Source: Alphaproteobacteria bacterium | GTDB lineage: Bacteria; Pseudomonadota; Alphaproteobacteria; RF32; CAG-239 | Direction of reading: 5' to 3' | Length of the DNA: 64,000 bases | Assembly: GCA_015062435.1 (NCBI GenBank) | Contig: SUUR01000003.1 | Location: 8,184-72,183, forward strand | Shown: positions 20,041 to 28,930 of the stretch, piece after piece | Layout: every line of letters begins with the position of its first letter | How positions within the stretch are numbered: the stretch's first letter is position 1 | Made by a program: the position numbers and the translations under genes | The notes under the pieces: generated by a model | The model's database searches: none | What the model was told of the DNA's origin: nothing | Seen by the model: only the letters and a program-made list of their open reading frames with translations

Positions 20041-20727
20041 ATGTCAATCACATTTGGATATTCTTCAGAGGTTTATTTCATTGAACCGCAAGATATAATA
20101 GAACTTCAGGACACTTCTCTTGAAAAAATATCCGGAATAAAAACAAATCATGACATTGTTATTTTAATCGGCAATACAAATCAGGGTGAGCAAGATTCTT
20201 TAGTTTGTGGTAGAGAAATTATTAAACACGCCATTAACAATGATATTTCTCATGTTCCCGTAAAATTTGCATTTATTTCTCAAATATCACGCTGGAATAT
20301 ATTACCGTATTTATTAAAAAAACTTCGCAATAAATATAAATTTGAAAGCAAGAAAGTTTATCACACCACCCTTAATCATCTACGCAACCTTCATATCGAA
20401 CGTGGGTTTCGCAATGCAGAAAATGCTTATGTAATATCCGAAAGAAGATGGTATATGACACCTGAAGTTCGAGCCAACAGATATAAAGAACTTCAATCAT
20501 CAATTCAAAAAAACGGATTTAACGATAAGTTTCCCATATCAATAATGCTGTGTCGACGTTTTGGTATAAAAGACAGTGTTGATGACGGACATCACCGTAT
20601 AGGGGTATGTGTAGAAAACAATATTGAACGAATAGCCATTCATTTCCGAGCTGCCGGTGCTTTGCCTCGTATCGTCCAAAAAATTGGCAATAAAATCATA
20701 AAAATTTTACCTAAACATCATGTTTAA
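20041..20727 (+). CDS. Hypothetical protein with a C-terminal ParB/Srx-like domain
   Basis: 228 aa. ...SSIQKNGFNDKFPISIM...VDDGHHRIGVCVENNIERIAIHF resembles the DGHHR ParB-like nuclease fold. Confidence 0.4.
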   Translation: MSITFGYSSEVYFIEPQDIIELQDTSLEKISGIKTNHDIVILIGNTNQGEQDSLVCGREIIKHAINNDISHVPVKFAFISQISRWNILPYLLKKLRNKYKFESKKVYHTTLNHLRNLHIERGFRNAENAYVISERRWYMTPEVRANRYKELQSSIQKNGFNDKFPISIMLCRRFGIKDSVDDGHHRIGVCVENNIERIAIHFRAAGALPRIVQKIGNKIIKILPKHHV

Positions 20728-21248
20728 CGAGGTTTACACCCGCAATAATTTTGGTTATATAATCCCAATTCATTAATCAATTGCATTCTAAGCTCTTGAC
20801 GTCCGTTTTTACGCCCTTCTATTTCCATATAACAAACACCTGTTTCTTCAGATGCTTTACTTGCAGCCAGATTAACCTGTGCTAAATTTTTATATCTTGA
20901 AACACCTAATACAGATGCAACAGCATCAAAATTATTTATTTTTGCATATTCCATTACTCTTTTTAATCGCATATAAAAACAAACATCACATCTTTTTCCT
21001 CTTTCGGGTTCATTTTCCAATCCCTTTGTTAATTCACACCAACGTTCATTATCATATTCCAATTCAATAAAAGGAACACCAAATTTTTCACATACTTTCT
21101 TATTTTCATCTGCTCGTTTTTTATATTCCTCAAACGGCCTGATATTTGGGTTATAAAATATCACTTCAAAATTTTGTTTTTCTTCAGCCAATATTTTAAT
21201 AATTGCACATGAACACGGAGCGCAACAAGAAAGCAATAAAATTTTCAT
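20724..21248 (-). CDS. queH: Epoxyqueuosine reductase QueH (DUF208)
   Basis: 174 aa. Starts LLLSCCAPCS and contains CDVCFYMR and a C-terminal QNYCGC. Confidence 0.85.
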   Translation of the reverse strand: MKILLLSCCAPCSCAIIKILAEEKQNFEVIFYNPNIRPFEEYKKRADENKKVCEKFGVPFIELEYDNERWCELTKGLENEPERGKRCDVCFYMRLKRVMEYAKINNFDAVASVLGVSRYKNLAQVNLAASKASEETGVCYMEIEGRKNGRQELRMQLINELGLYNQNYCGCKPR

Positions 21249-21343
21249 TTTCTTAAATCCTTTTTTTTAATTATACATATTCATTAAAAATTAGCAAATA
21301 TAATTTATTATCACATTGTTAATGTATTTTTAGGGAGAATGAT

Positions 21344-22594
21344 ATGTCAATATTACTCAAAAACGTAACATTAAACGATCAGATTACAGATATTTTGATA
21401 CAAGAAAATATTTTCAAAAACATATCTCCCGATCAATCTTCTTATGCAGATACAACAATAGATTGCCGAGATAAAGCTATCTTACCGGCTTTTTACAACA
21501 ACCACTCTCACGTGCCAATGAGCATTTTTAGAGGTATTGGAGATGATAAAGAACTTTTTGATTGGTTAAACAATGACATTTGGCCAAGAGAAGCCAAATT
21601 AACTCCGGAGATGATATATTCTGCCACCAAATTTTCTATACTGGAAATGATAAAAACCGGAACAACATTTTTTTCTGATATGTATTTTTGCATGGATGCG
21701 ATTACTCGTGCAGTAGCAGACATGAAGATCAGAGCCGCATTATCATTCGGAGCATGCGATTTGTTTGACGCAGATAAGCGCAAATCCGAAATTGCCAAAA
21801 TCAATGCATTTATGGAGTTGCCCAACCCTGCTCCTGAGCTGATTAGTAAGACGATAGGTATTCATGCAGTATATTCCGCTTCACCTGAATTAATACGCTA
21901 CAATGTAGAATTGGCTCAAAAAAACAAATTAAAAATTCACATTCACGCCTGTGAAACAGCCAAAGAAGTCGCAGATTGTCGTCAAGAACACGGTTGCAGC
22001 CCTATTGTTTATCTTGATAAACTTGGAGCTTTGTCGGAAAATACCATTTTGGCACATTCTGTATTTTTAGATGATGAAGATATTAAGATTTTGGCAGAAA
22101 AAGGAGTTTGGCTCTGCACAAATCCAACCTCCAATTATAAGCTTTCTTCGGGTGTATTTATGCTACAAAAATTGTTGGATTCCGGATGCAAAATAACCTT
22201 AGGGACAGATGGCGCAGCCTCAAACAACAACTTAAGCATGATAGAGGAAATGAGCATCTGCGCCCTTTCAGCCAAAATTCAAGATAATTCACCGACTGCG
22301 GGAACAGCATCAGATGTATTTAACATAGCAACTCATAACGGAGCTAAAGCTTTTGATATTAATGCCGGAGAAATTGTCGAAGGTAAATTAGCAGATTGTA
22401 TTTTAGTAGATCTCAACAATCACCTTTTGGTACCAAACTACAATCTTATCTCCAATATGGTATATTCAGCAGACAGCTCTTGCATTGATACATTGATATG
22501 CAATGGCAATATTCTCATGCAAAATCATCATGTTGACGGAGAAGAAGAACTTACTGCAAATATGAAAGAACTCAGTAACTTTTTTAAAGATTAA
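21344..22594 (+). CDS. Amidohydrolase, MtaD/chlorohydrolase family (5-methylthioadenosine/SAH deaminase-like)
   Basis: 416 aa. Contains NNHSHVPMSIFRG, HIHACET and GTDGAASNN. Confidence 0.75.
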   Translation: MSILLKNVTLNDQITDILIQENIFKNISPDQSSYADTTIDCRDKAILPAFYNNHSHVPMSIFRGIGDDKELFDWLNNDIWPREAKLTPEMIYSATKFSILEMIKTGTTFFSDMYFCMDAITRAVADMKIRAALSFGACDLFDADKRKSEIAKINAFMELPNPAPELISKTIGIHAVYSASPELIRYNVELAQKNKLKIHIHACETAKEVADCRQEHGCSPIVYLDKLGALSENTILAHSVFLDDEDIKILAEKGVWLCTNPTSNYKLSSGVFMLQKLLDSGCKITLGTDGAASNNNLSMIEEMSICALSAKIQDNSPTAGTASDVFNIATHNGAKAFDINAGEIVEGKLADCILVDLNNHLLVPNYNLISNMVYSADSSCIDTLICNGNILMQNHHVDGEEELTANMKELSNFFKD

Positions 22595-22878
22595 AAAGCC
22601 ATCGGGTCTTTATTTTTTTCATTATTGTCTTTGTGCATTGCCATCGGATCATTAGTATTTACTTTCTGCTTCTCGTTAGGCATGGCTAAAGGATCTTTGT
22701 TATAAGTTGTTGTAAGTTTAGGTCTTTTGTGTTTATAAACACGCCTTTCATCTTCAAGATAACAGTTTCCGTCGACACACTCTATCGATGCTTCATCACC
22801 ATCAACAACCAACCACGCATTAGCGTTATTGATTCCTAAATACATAGATATAAACCAAACAATAACTATCTTAATCAT
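22591..22878 (-). CDS. Small secreted protein with three DP(L/M)A(M/F) repeats
   Basis: 95 aa. Signal peptide ...NNANA, two Cys, and C-terminal KDPLAM / NDPMAM / KDPMAF repeats. Confidence 0.45.
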   Translation of the reverse strand: MIKIVIVWFISMYLGINNANAWLVVDGDEASIECVDGNCYLEDERRVYKHKRPKLTTTYNKDPLAMPNEKQKVNTNDPMAMHKDNNEKNKDPMAF

Positions 22879-22890
22879 AATATTCTTCTT

Positions 22891-23865
22891 TTAAAATTTT
22901 TTATTAAATTCCCATTTCCATGCTGTATATAGTATATTTTCTAAATTCACATATTTTGGAATCCAACCCAATATTTCTTTAGCTTTTTTATTATCAGCAT
23001 ACAAGACATCTGGATCACCGGCTCGTCTTTGCTCATATACAACCGGACATTTTTTTCCGCTCACTTTTTCTGCCATTTTAATTATTTCCAAAACTGAAGT
23101 AGGAATTCCAGTTCCCAGATTGATAAAACCGGAATATTCATTCAATTTTTCCACCGCCAATCGATGAGCAGATGCCAAATCATTAACATGAATATAATCA
23201 CGTAAACAAGTTCCATCAGGAGTATTATAATCAGTACCAAACACTTTTATATTTTCTTTTTCTCCTTTAATTGCCTTAAATACCAGAGGGATTAGATGGC
23301 TCTCAGGATTATGACTTTCACCTATTTGAGCATCTTCATCTGCTCCAGCTGCATTAAAATAACGCAATGCAATATATCTCAGCCCATAAGCATTGTGATA
23401 GTCCTTAAATAAATTTTCAATTGTTAATTTAGTATGTCCGTATGGATTTATCGGTAGTTGAGGATGTTTTTCATCTATTGGTACATATTGAGGTTCACCA
23501 TAAGTAGCGCATGTACTTGAAAAAACTATTTTTTTAACCCCAAATTCCAACATTACATCTAATAAATTTATAGTACCTATAACATTATTATGATAATATT
23601 TTTGAGGATTTACAACACTCTCTCCAACCAATGATAATGCTGCAAAATGTATAACCGCATCAATTTTATGTTTTTGGAAAACTGCTCCTAAAGATTTTTT
23701 ATCCATCAAATCAGCTTTTTCAAACACTGCTTCATCAGCAACAGCCTCCAAATGACCACAACTCAAATTATCAGCCACCACACAATCATATCCATATTTC
23801 AATAAATGCTTGACCGTATGAGAACCGATATATCCGGCTCCCCCGACTATCAAAATCTTATCCAT
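22891..23865 (-). CDS. galE: UDP-glucose 4-epimerase
   Basis: 324 aa. Contains GGAGYIGSH, a catalytic YGHTK and a Rossmann fold. Confidence 0.9.
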   Translation of the reverse strand: MDKILIVGGAGYIGSHTVKHLLKYGYDCVVADNLSCGHLEAVADEAVFEKADLMDKKSLGAVFQKHKIDAVIHFAALSLVGESVVNPQKYYHNNVIGTINLLDVMLEFGVKKIVFSSTCATYGEPQYVPIDEKHPQLPINPYGHTKLTIENLFKDYHNAYGLRYIALRYFNAAGADEDAQIGESHNPESHLIPLVFKAIKGEKENIKVFGTDYNTPDGTCLRDYIHVNDLASAHRLAVEKLNEYSGFINLGTGIPTSVLEIIKMAEKVSGKKCPVVYEQRRAGDPDVLYADNKKAKEILGWIPKYVNLENILYTAWKWEFNKKF

Positions 23866-23874
23866 CTACCCTCC

Positions 23875-24402
23875 TTATTGAACCTCTGCCACATATTCAT
23901 ACCAAGGATTGATCAGAGCCGTAGAAGGCCCCAATATCAGGATATTCAACACATCAGCCGCCAAAGAAAAAGGCAAACATATTACAAATTTACCCAAACT
24001 GTTATCCTTAAAGTTGATGGCGGTATTTGTTGGCACCATTAAATATCCGGCAGATATATCTTCTCCATTGAAGCCAGTTCGTTGTGCCCACTTATCATTT
24101 GTAATCTGGCTACGTAGTAATATTGTTTGCTCCACTCCTGTTTCATCAACAATTTTCACGGTTTTATCTTCAGAACTTCTGCTTACCTTGAGCAAATATT
24201 CACCATCTTCAAATATAATCTGTGATTTTTTTATCGGTTGTTGATTAACGGTAATTTCTGTTCCTCTAACCTGCTCCAAACTCATTCCTTGAGTGTTAAT
24301 CAATCCGCTTAACGGAAGTTTCTGGCTATAACTATGATAATTAGGCATAACACAACCATTCACCATCATACAAACAACAATTAATTTTATAAAAAACTTC
24401 AT
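23875..24402 (-). CDS. Putative lipoprotein, hypothetical
   Basis: 175 aa. Signal peptide with lipobox-like MVNGC. Confidence 0.5.
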   Translation of the reverse strand: MKFFIKLIVVCMMVNGCVMPNYHSYSQKLPLSGLINTQGMSLEQVRGTEITVNQQPIKKSQIIFEDGEYLLKVSRSSEDKTVKIVDETGVEQTILLRSQITNDKWAQRTGFNGEDISAGYLMVPTNTAINFKDNSLGKFVICLPFSLAADVLNILILGPSTALINPWYEYVAEVQ

Positions 24403-24557
24403 ATTACTTACTCGATTTCAAATTTTATAGCTTAAATCATACATTAAAATCTGCAAATTGCGATAATATTTTAAAGGTTGTTCACTCCTAAAAATAAATA
24501 TTTACATTTAAGTTATGTCAATCTAAATTGCTTTTGCCATAAAGAAAGGAACACATA

Positions 24558-25952
24558 ATGCAAGACATGACCAAAGGAAACCCCACCAAACTTATAGTTT
24601 TATTTGCTCTTCCTTTGTTATTGGGAAACATTTTCCAACAATTATACCAATTAGCAGACCTCATTATTGTCGGGCGTTTAATTGGTATAAACGCTTTAGC
24701 AGCAGTAGGAGCGACTATTCCGATTTACTTTTTGTTTTTATTCATAACCTTTGGTTTCACAAACGGATTAACCGTAATCACCGCTCAATGTTTTGGTGCT
24801 AAAGATTATAAAGCCATGCATTCTTCTATTGCTCACTGTATTATAGCTTCTTTAATTTTAGGTGCTGTTATTTCCATTTCTCTACTTACCTTTTTAAGTC
24901 CATTATTAAAAATCATGAACGTTCCTCAAGAAATTATGTCTGACGCACATATTTTTATGTTTATACTTTCTGCCGGCATGATACTCACTATATTTTTCAA
25001 CCTGTTATCCGGTTTTTTACGAGCTGTCGGAGATAGCAAAACCCCTTTATATTTTTTGGTATTTGCTTCAATCATTAATATTTTATTGAATTTATTTTTG
25101 ATTTCTGTCATGAAAATGGGCGTTTCCGGTTCTGCTTTCGGTACCATAATCGCCATAAGTGTTTCTGTTGCAACTTGTTTATTATACATCAAAAAAAGAT
25201 ACCCCATACTGCACCTGAAAAAAAGTGATTGGAAAATACGCTGGAATTTTATGCGCAAACATTTAGATGTCGCTATCCCGATGACGGTTCAATTTGCTAT
25301 TTTAGCTTTAAGCATGTTAATTCTGCAAAGCGTTTGTAATTCTTTCGGAACAGAGATAATTGCCGCATTCAGCTCGGCTATTCGTATCGAACAATTAGCC
25401 ACTCAGCCGCTTTTAGCTTTAGGAATAGCAATGACCACCTACTCTGCTCAAAATTGGGGTGCCGCCAAATTACATCGTATCAGACAAGGTGTACGCAGTT
25501 CCGCATTTATGTCTTTTATTTTCAGCATCAGCCTTGCTGTTTTGGTTCGCTTTATCGGAGAAGATATGATTGCAATTTTTATAGATAAAAACAACCCTAA
25601 AGTTATATCCATCGCTTGTGAATACTTGAATATTAGTACGATGTTTTACTTTTTCTTAGGAATGATTTTTGTATTTCGCAACGCTTTACAAGGTATGGGA
25701 AAAGCCATTATTCCGTTATATGCCAGTATAATGGAACTTGCTGTCAGATCTTTTGCAGCTATTTGGTTGGCAAAACAAATAGGATATGTCGGAATATTTT
25801 ATGCCGGACCGATTGCATGGTTAGGAGCTTGTCTTGTTGTTACTGTCGGCTATTGGTTGACTATCCGTCACTTTAACGATAAAGGACTGCGAAGTTACTT
25901 GTTATCTTCCAAGCAATTACAATCGACAACTCCTCAATTTCCGGCAGAATAA
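24558..25952 (+). CDS. MATE family efflux transporter
   Basis: 464 aa with 12 TM helices. N-terminal block is PLLLGNIFQQLYQLADLIIVGR. Confidence 0.85.
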   Translation: MQDMTKGNPTKLIVLFALPLLLGNIFQQLYQLADLIIVGRLIGINALAAVGATIPIYFLFLFITFGFTNGLTVITAQCFGAKDYKAMHSSIAHCIIASLILGAVISISLLTFLSPLLKIMNVPQEIMSDAHIFMFILSAGMILTIFFNLLSGFLRAVGDSKTPLYFLVFASIINILLNLFLISVMKMGVSGSAFGTIIAISVSVATCLLYIKKRYPILHLKKSDWKIRWNFMRKHLDVAIPMTVQFAILALSMLILQSVCNSFGTEIIAAFSSAIRIEQLATQPLLALGIAMTTYSAQNWGAAKLHRIRQGVRSSAFMSFIFSISLAVLVRFIGEDMIAIFIDKNNPKVISIACEYLNISTMFYFFLGMIFVFRNALQGMGKAIIPLYASIMELAVRSFAAIWLAKQIGYVGIFYAGPIAWLGACLVVTVGYWLTIRHFNDKGLRSYLLSSKQLQSTTPQFPAE

Positions 25953-28211
25953 TTACAAAATTTTAGACAACAAATTACCTTTATGAATATAGTTAACATC
26001 TTCAAAATTATGCACTTTATTCCAAATTTTTGCAACCTTATCAGGAGTATAATCTTTATAAACAAAGCTCACTCTATAATAATCAGCAACAACATTTTTA
26101 GCCTCAGCCGCCACACAATATGCATCTGTGTCAAACAACATTGTCTGACATTTTTTTGATAAAACTTCATATTGATGACCGTTTTTTCTGACTTCAATCC
26201 GCTTTTCATTACGCAAACAATCTTTACACTCATTGTTGCGAATACATACTGCACTGGTAAATAAAGGATTATCTCCGTAAATTTCCCACACAACCGGCAA
26301 TGGAGAATTTTTTGTGGTTTTTTGCAGATTTGATAATAAATCTTCCGCTGGTAAAGTTATTCTGCAAGCACCAAGTTCTTTTGCCATCATCATTGCTTGG
26401 GTATTAAACATATAAATTGGGGCATCAAAGCTCAAATCAATCCCCTTATTCGGCAATACAGATTTCCCCCAATAATTTGCAATTTCCCATTTTTTAAAAC
26501 CGGCATCACATAATTTATTTATTAAATTTTTCCATAAAGTAATATTTCTGCAAACTGTCGGCAAAGCCAAACGTATTTTATTTTTAGGTAATAAATTCAA
26601 CTTAGAAACATCAAAATCATCACTCAACAACACCACTACTTCTGCCACATCAGACAAATCCAATAACTTCAAAGCTTTCGGTTTGTCAGTTCTGATAATC
26701 CACTGAGGATTATTTCTCATAGATTTTATAACTTCCGGCAAATTACCTCGTTTATATTGCGGAATAATTTTCATGTATAAATTTCTGCGCAATTCATTCA
26801 AAACAGATACCGGCACAAATAAATCATCTTTGTTTTCCACATCTAAACTTGATAATACAAAAACGGTATCCCCGCTTTTTTCAAAAGCTTTTCTAACACT
26901 TTCTTCAACTTTTTGCGGTTGGTTTGCTTTTTCAAAAATACCGGAAATTTCAACATTATTATCACCTGAAGATGCTGATATTTTATTTTTTTCAATCCTA
27001 ATCTTCACATCAAGCGGTATCTTTTGTTCATACACAAAAGGCTTGGGTTTGGTGTAATCATACCCTCCTTTAACTTTGGTTGAAGATGCCAAATAGACTT
27101 CCAATCCTTTGTTTAAATCCGGAGATTTGAAAGGCAAATAAACTTCAACCTCTTCTCCTTTTTTAGCCTCAAATACATTTTTTTGATTAACTCTCATCTG
27201 TTGTATAGAAAAACCAAATGGTTTCTCAAGATCAGGAACTTCAATCTGCAAGCCATCATAGCGACCAATTTCATAATTAGTCTTAAAAACAATACTTTTT
27301 TTAGAAAATTTAGATATTTCTCCGATTTTAAGTCCTCTGTGACCGACAAAGTTTCGATCCACGATATTTTTATCTTTCCCATTAAAATGAAACTTACACC
27401 ACGGACGAGAAAAAATCTGCTTAATATTTTCAGCTCTGTTTTCAACAGGTTTTCCATCTAACAAACGGCGATAATAATCAGTTACCGCAGCCACATAAAG
27501 AGCTGTTTTTTTGCGCCCTTCTATTTTCAAAGAAATTCCAGGAATTTTCAATATATCTTCTTGCAGAGCCATATCTTTCATAGAAAAATAATGTTTTTTT
27601 CCTGTATCACCTTCAAATTCAGCTCGACATGGATACAAACACTTTCCTCGATTAGCACTACGCCCGCTTTCAAAAGATGAAAACAAACACAATCCGCTAT
27701 ATGAATAGCACAAAGCTCCATGTACAAATGCTTCAATTTCCAAATTAGGAATATCTGCAATTTCTTTTATTTCACCTAAAGTTAGCTCTCGAGCCACAAC
27801 CACACGAGAAAAACCAAGCTTCTGCAATGTTAAAGCACCTTCTTTATTATGCACTGCCATTTGCGTACTGGCATGCATTTCCAGCTCCGGATAACTTTCT
27901 CTTACAACTCTAGCCACACCCAAATCTTGAATAATCACGGCATCTGCATTACAACGAGAACAAATATCCAAAGTCTGTAAAAGTTGTGTTAATTCATCTT
28001 CTTGCACTACGGTATTAACTGCAACATATACCTTGCGTCCCAAATGATGAGCATATCCCACAAATTCATTTAAGTTCTGCTCATCAAAATTAGTAGCAGT
28101 AGCTCTGGCTGAAAATTGTTGCAATCCCAAATAAACAGCATCTGCTCCATAATAAAGAGCAGCATATCCTGCTTCGATATCACCTGCTGGTGCTAAAAGT
28201 TCTGTTTTCAT
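25953..28211 (-). CDS. Peptidase U32 family protein, long form with a C-terminal extension
   Basis: 752 aa. Starts ELLAPAGD...GADAVYLG and contains the conserved E-x-F-x-H-G-A-x-C-x-S-x-SG-x-C block (EAFVHGALCYSYSGLC). Confidence 0.85.
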   Translation of the reverse strand: MKTELLAPAGDIEAGYAALYYGADAVYLGLQQFSARATATNFDEQNLNEFVGYAHHLGRKVYVAVNTVVQEDELTQLLQTLDICSRCNADAVIIQDLGVARVVRESYPELEMHASTQMAVHNKEGALTLQKLGFSRVVVARELTLGEIKEIADIPNLEIEAFVHGALCYSYSGLCLFSSFESGRSANRGKCLYPCRAEFEGDTGKKHYFSMKDMALQEDILKIPGISLKIEGRKKTALYVAAVTDYYRRLLDGKPVENRAENIKQIFSRPWCKFHFNGKDKNIVDRNFVGHRGLKIGEISKFSKKSIVFKTNYEIGRYDGLQIEVPDLEKPFGFSIQQMRVNQKNVFEAKKGEEVEVYLPFKSPDLNKGLEVYLASSTKVKGGYDYTKPKPFVYEQKIPLDVKIRIEKNKISASSGDNNVEISGIFEKANQPQKVEESVRKAFEKSGDTVFVLSSLDVENKDDLFVPVSVLNELRRNLYMKIIPQYKRGNLPEVIKSMRNNPQWIIRTDKPKALKLLDLSDVAEVVVLLSDDFDVSKLNLLPKNKIRLALPTVCRNITLWKNLINKLCDAGFKKWEIANYWGKSVLPNKGIDLSFDAPIYMFNTQAMMMAKELGACRITLPAEDLLSNLQKTTKNSPLPVVWEIYGDNPLFTSAVCIRNNECKDCLRNEKRIEVRKNGHQYEVLSKKCQTMLFDTDAYCVAAEAKNVVADYYRVSFVYKDYTPDKVAKIWNKVHNFEDVNYIHKGNLLSKIL

Positions 28212-28262
28212 GCATAATTCTCCTATTAAACCTCAAATTATCCGAGTAATTTCAGTTCGTCA

Positions 28263-28298
28263 ACAAAAAAGCGGTTCAGGTTTACCCTCACCGCTTTG
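28263..28298 (-). terminator. Rho-independent terminator of the 178-aa gene
   Basis: AAAGCGGT (28268-28275) pairs with ACCGCTTT (28290-28297). The A-run at 28265-28270 becomes a T-run on the minus strand. Confidence 0.65.
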
Positions 28299-28308
28299 TT
28301 GGATTTTT

Positions 28309-28845
28309 TTACAAATCCATCACGAACCAAATTTCCCAAATGTTAGCCCTAATTGTGCCATCGGAAGTCAAAACTTCAATTTCTCGGCTCTCAACAATTT
28401 TACGCCATCCCACTTTGGATAATTGTTCATTAATGGCTCTAAAAATACTGGCATGATTTATTGCTCTGCAATGCCTCTCACTAATAAGTTTCCAGGACTT
28501 TCCATCTATTTTAGAAAGATTAAAAGCATACTTCTCTGCCGAATCTCTAGAAGAACAATAACCACAGTCATGACGTTGACAATAAATCGCAAATTTTTGC
28601 CCATTACTTTCAACAACAATCCCCATCGGTCTAGCATCGGTTCTTAACCGTTTAGAAATTATACCATCAGCATAAAGCATTGGAAATCTAAATTCCTCTC
28701 CGATTTCATTAACCGCACCGGTTCTTTCATTACCTTGCATACCAAGTTCTTGCTTAAGTATTTCCAATAAAGCCATTTTGTCTTCCCGATTAAATTCCAA
28801 TGATTGCATCAGATTTTTAACCGCATTAATTTTCATTGTTTTCAT
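28309..28845 (-). CDS. Hypothetical protein
   Basis: 178 aa with its own terminator. There is only a weak resemblance to Lcl/DUF1566-type C-terminal domains, so I make no call. Confidence 0.45.
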   Translation of the reverse strand: MKTMKINAVKNLMQSLEFNREDKMALLEILKQELGMQGNERTGAVNEIGEEFRFPMLYADGIISKRLRTDARPMGIVVESNGQKFAIYCQRHDCGYCSSRDSAEKYAFNLSKIDGKSWKLISERHCRAINHASIFRAINEQLSKVGWRKIVESREIEVLTSDGTIRANIWEIWFVMDL

Positions 28846-28930
28846 TATAATAATTTTAGTTATACAATAATTTTTTATTAAAACTTGTCAGTATCCCCCT
28901 ATCCTAACCATTCTCCATCAAGGGAAAAGA

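Noticed and set aside
28846-28930. Sigma-70-like TTGACA...TATAAC promoter for the 178-aa gene.
   Set aside because: The spacer between the best -35 and -10 candidates is about 21 nt, outside the functional range, so the call is not supported.
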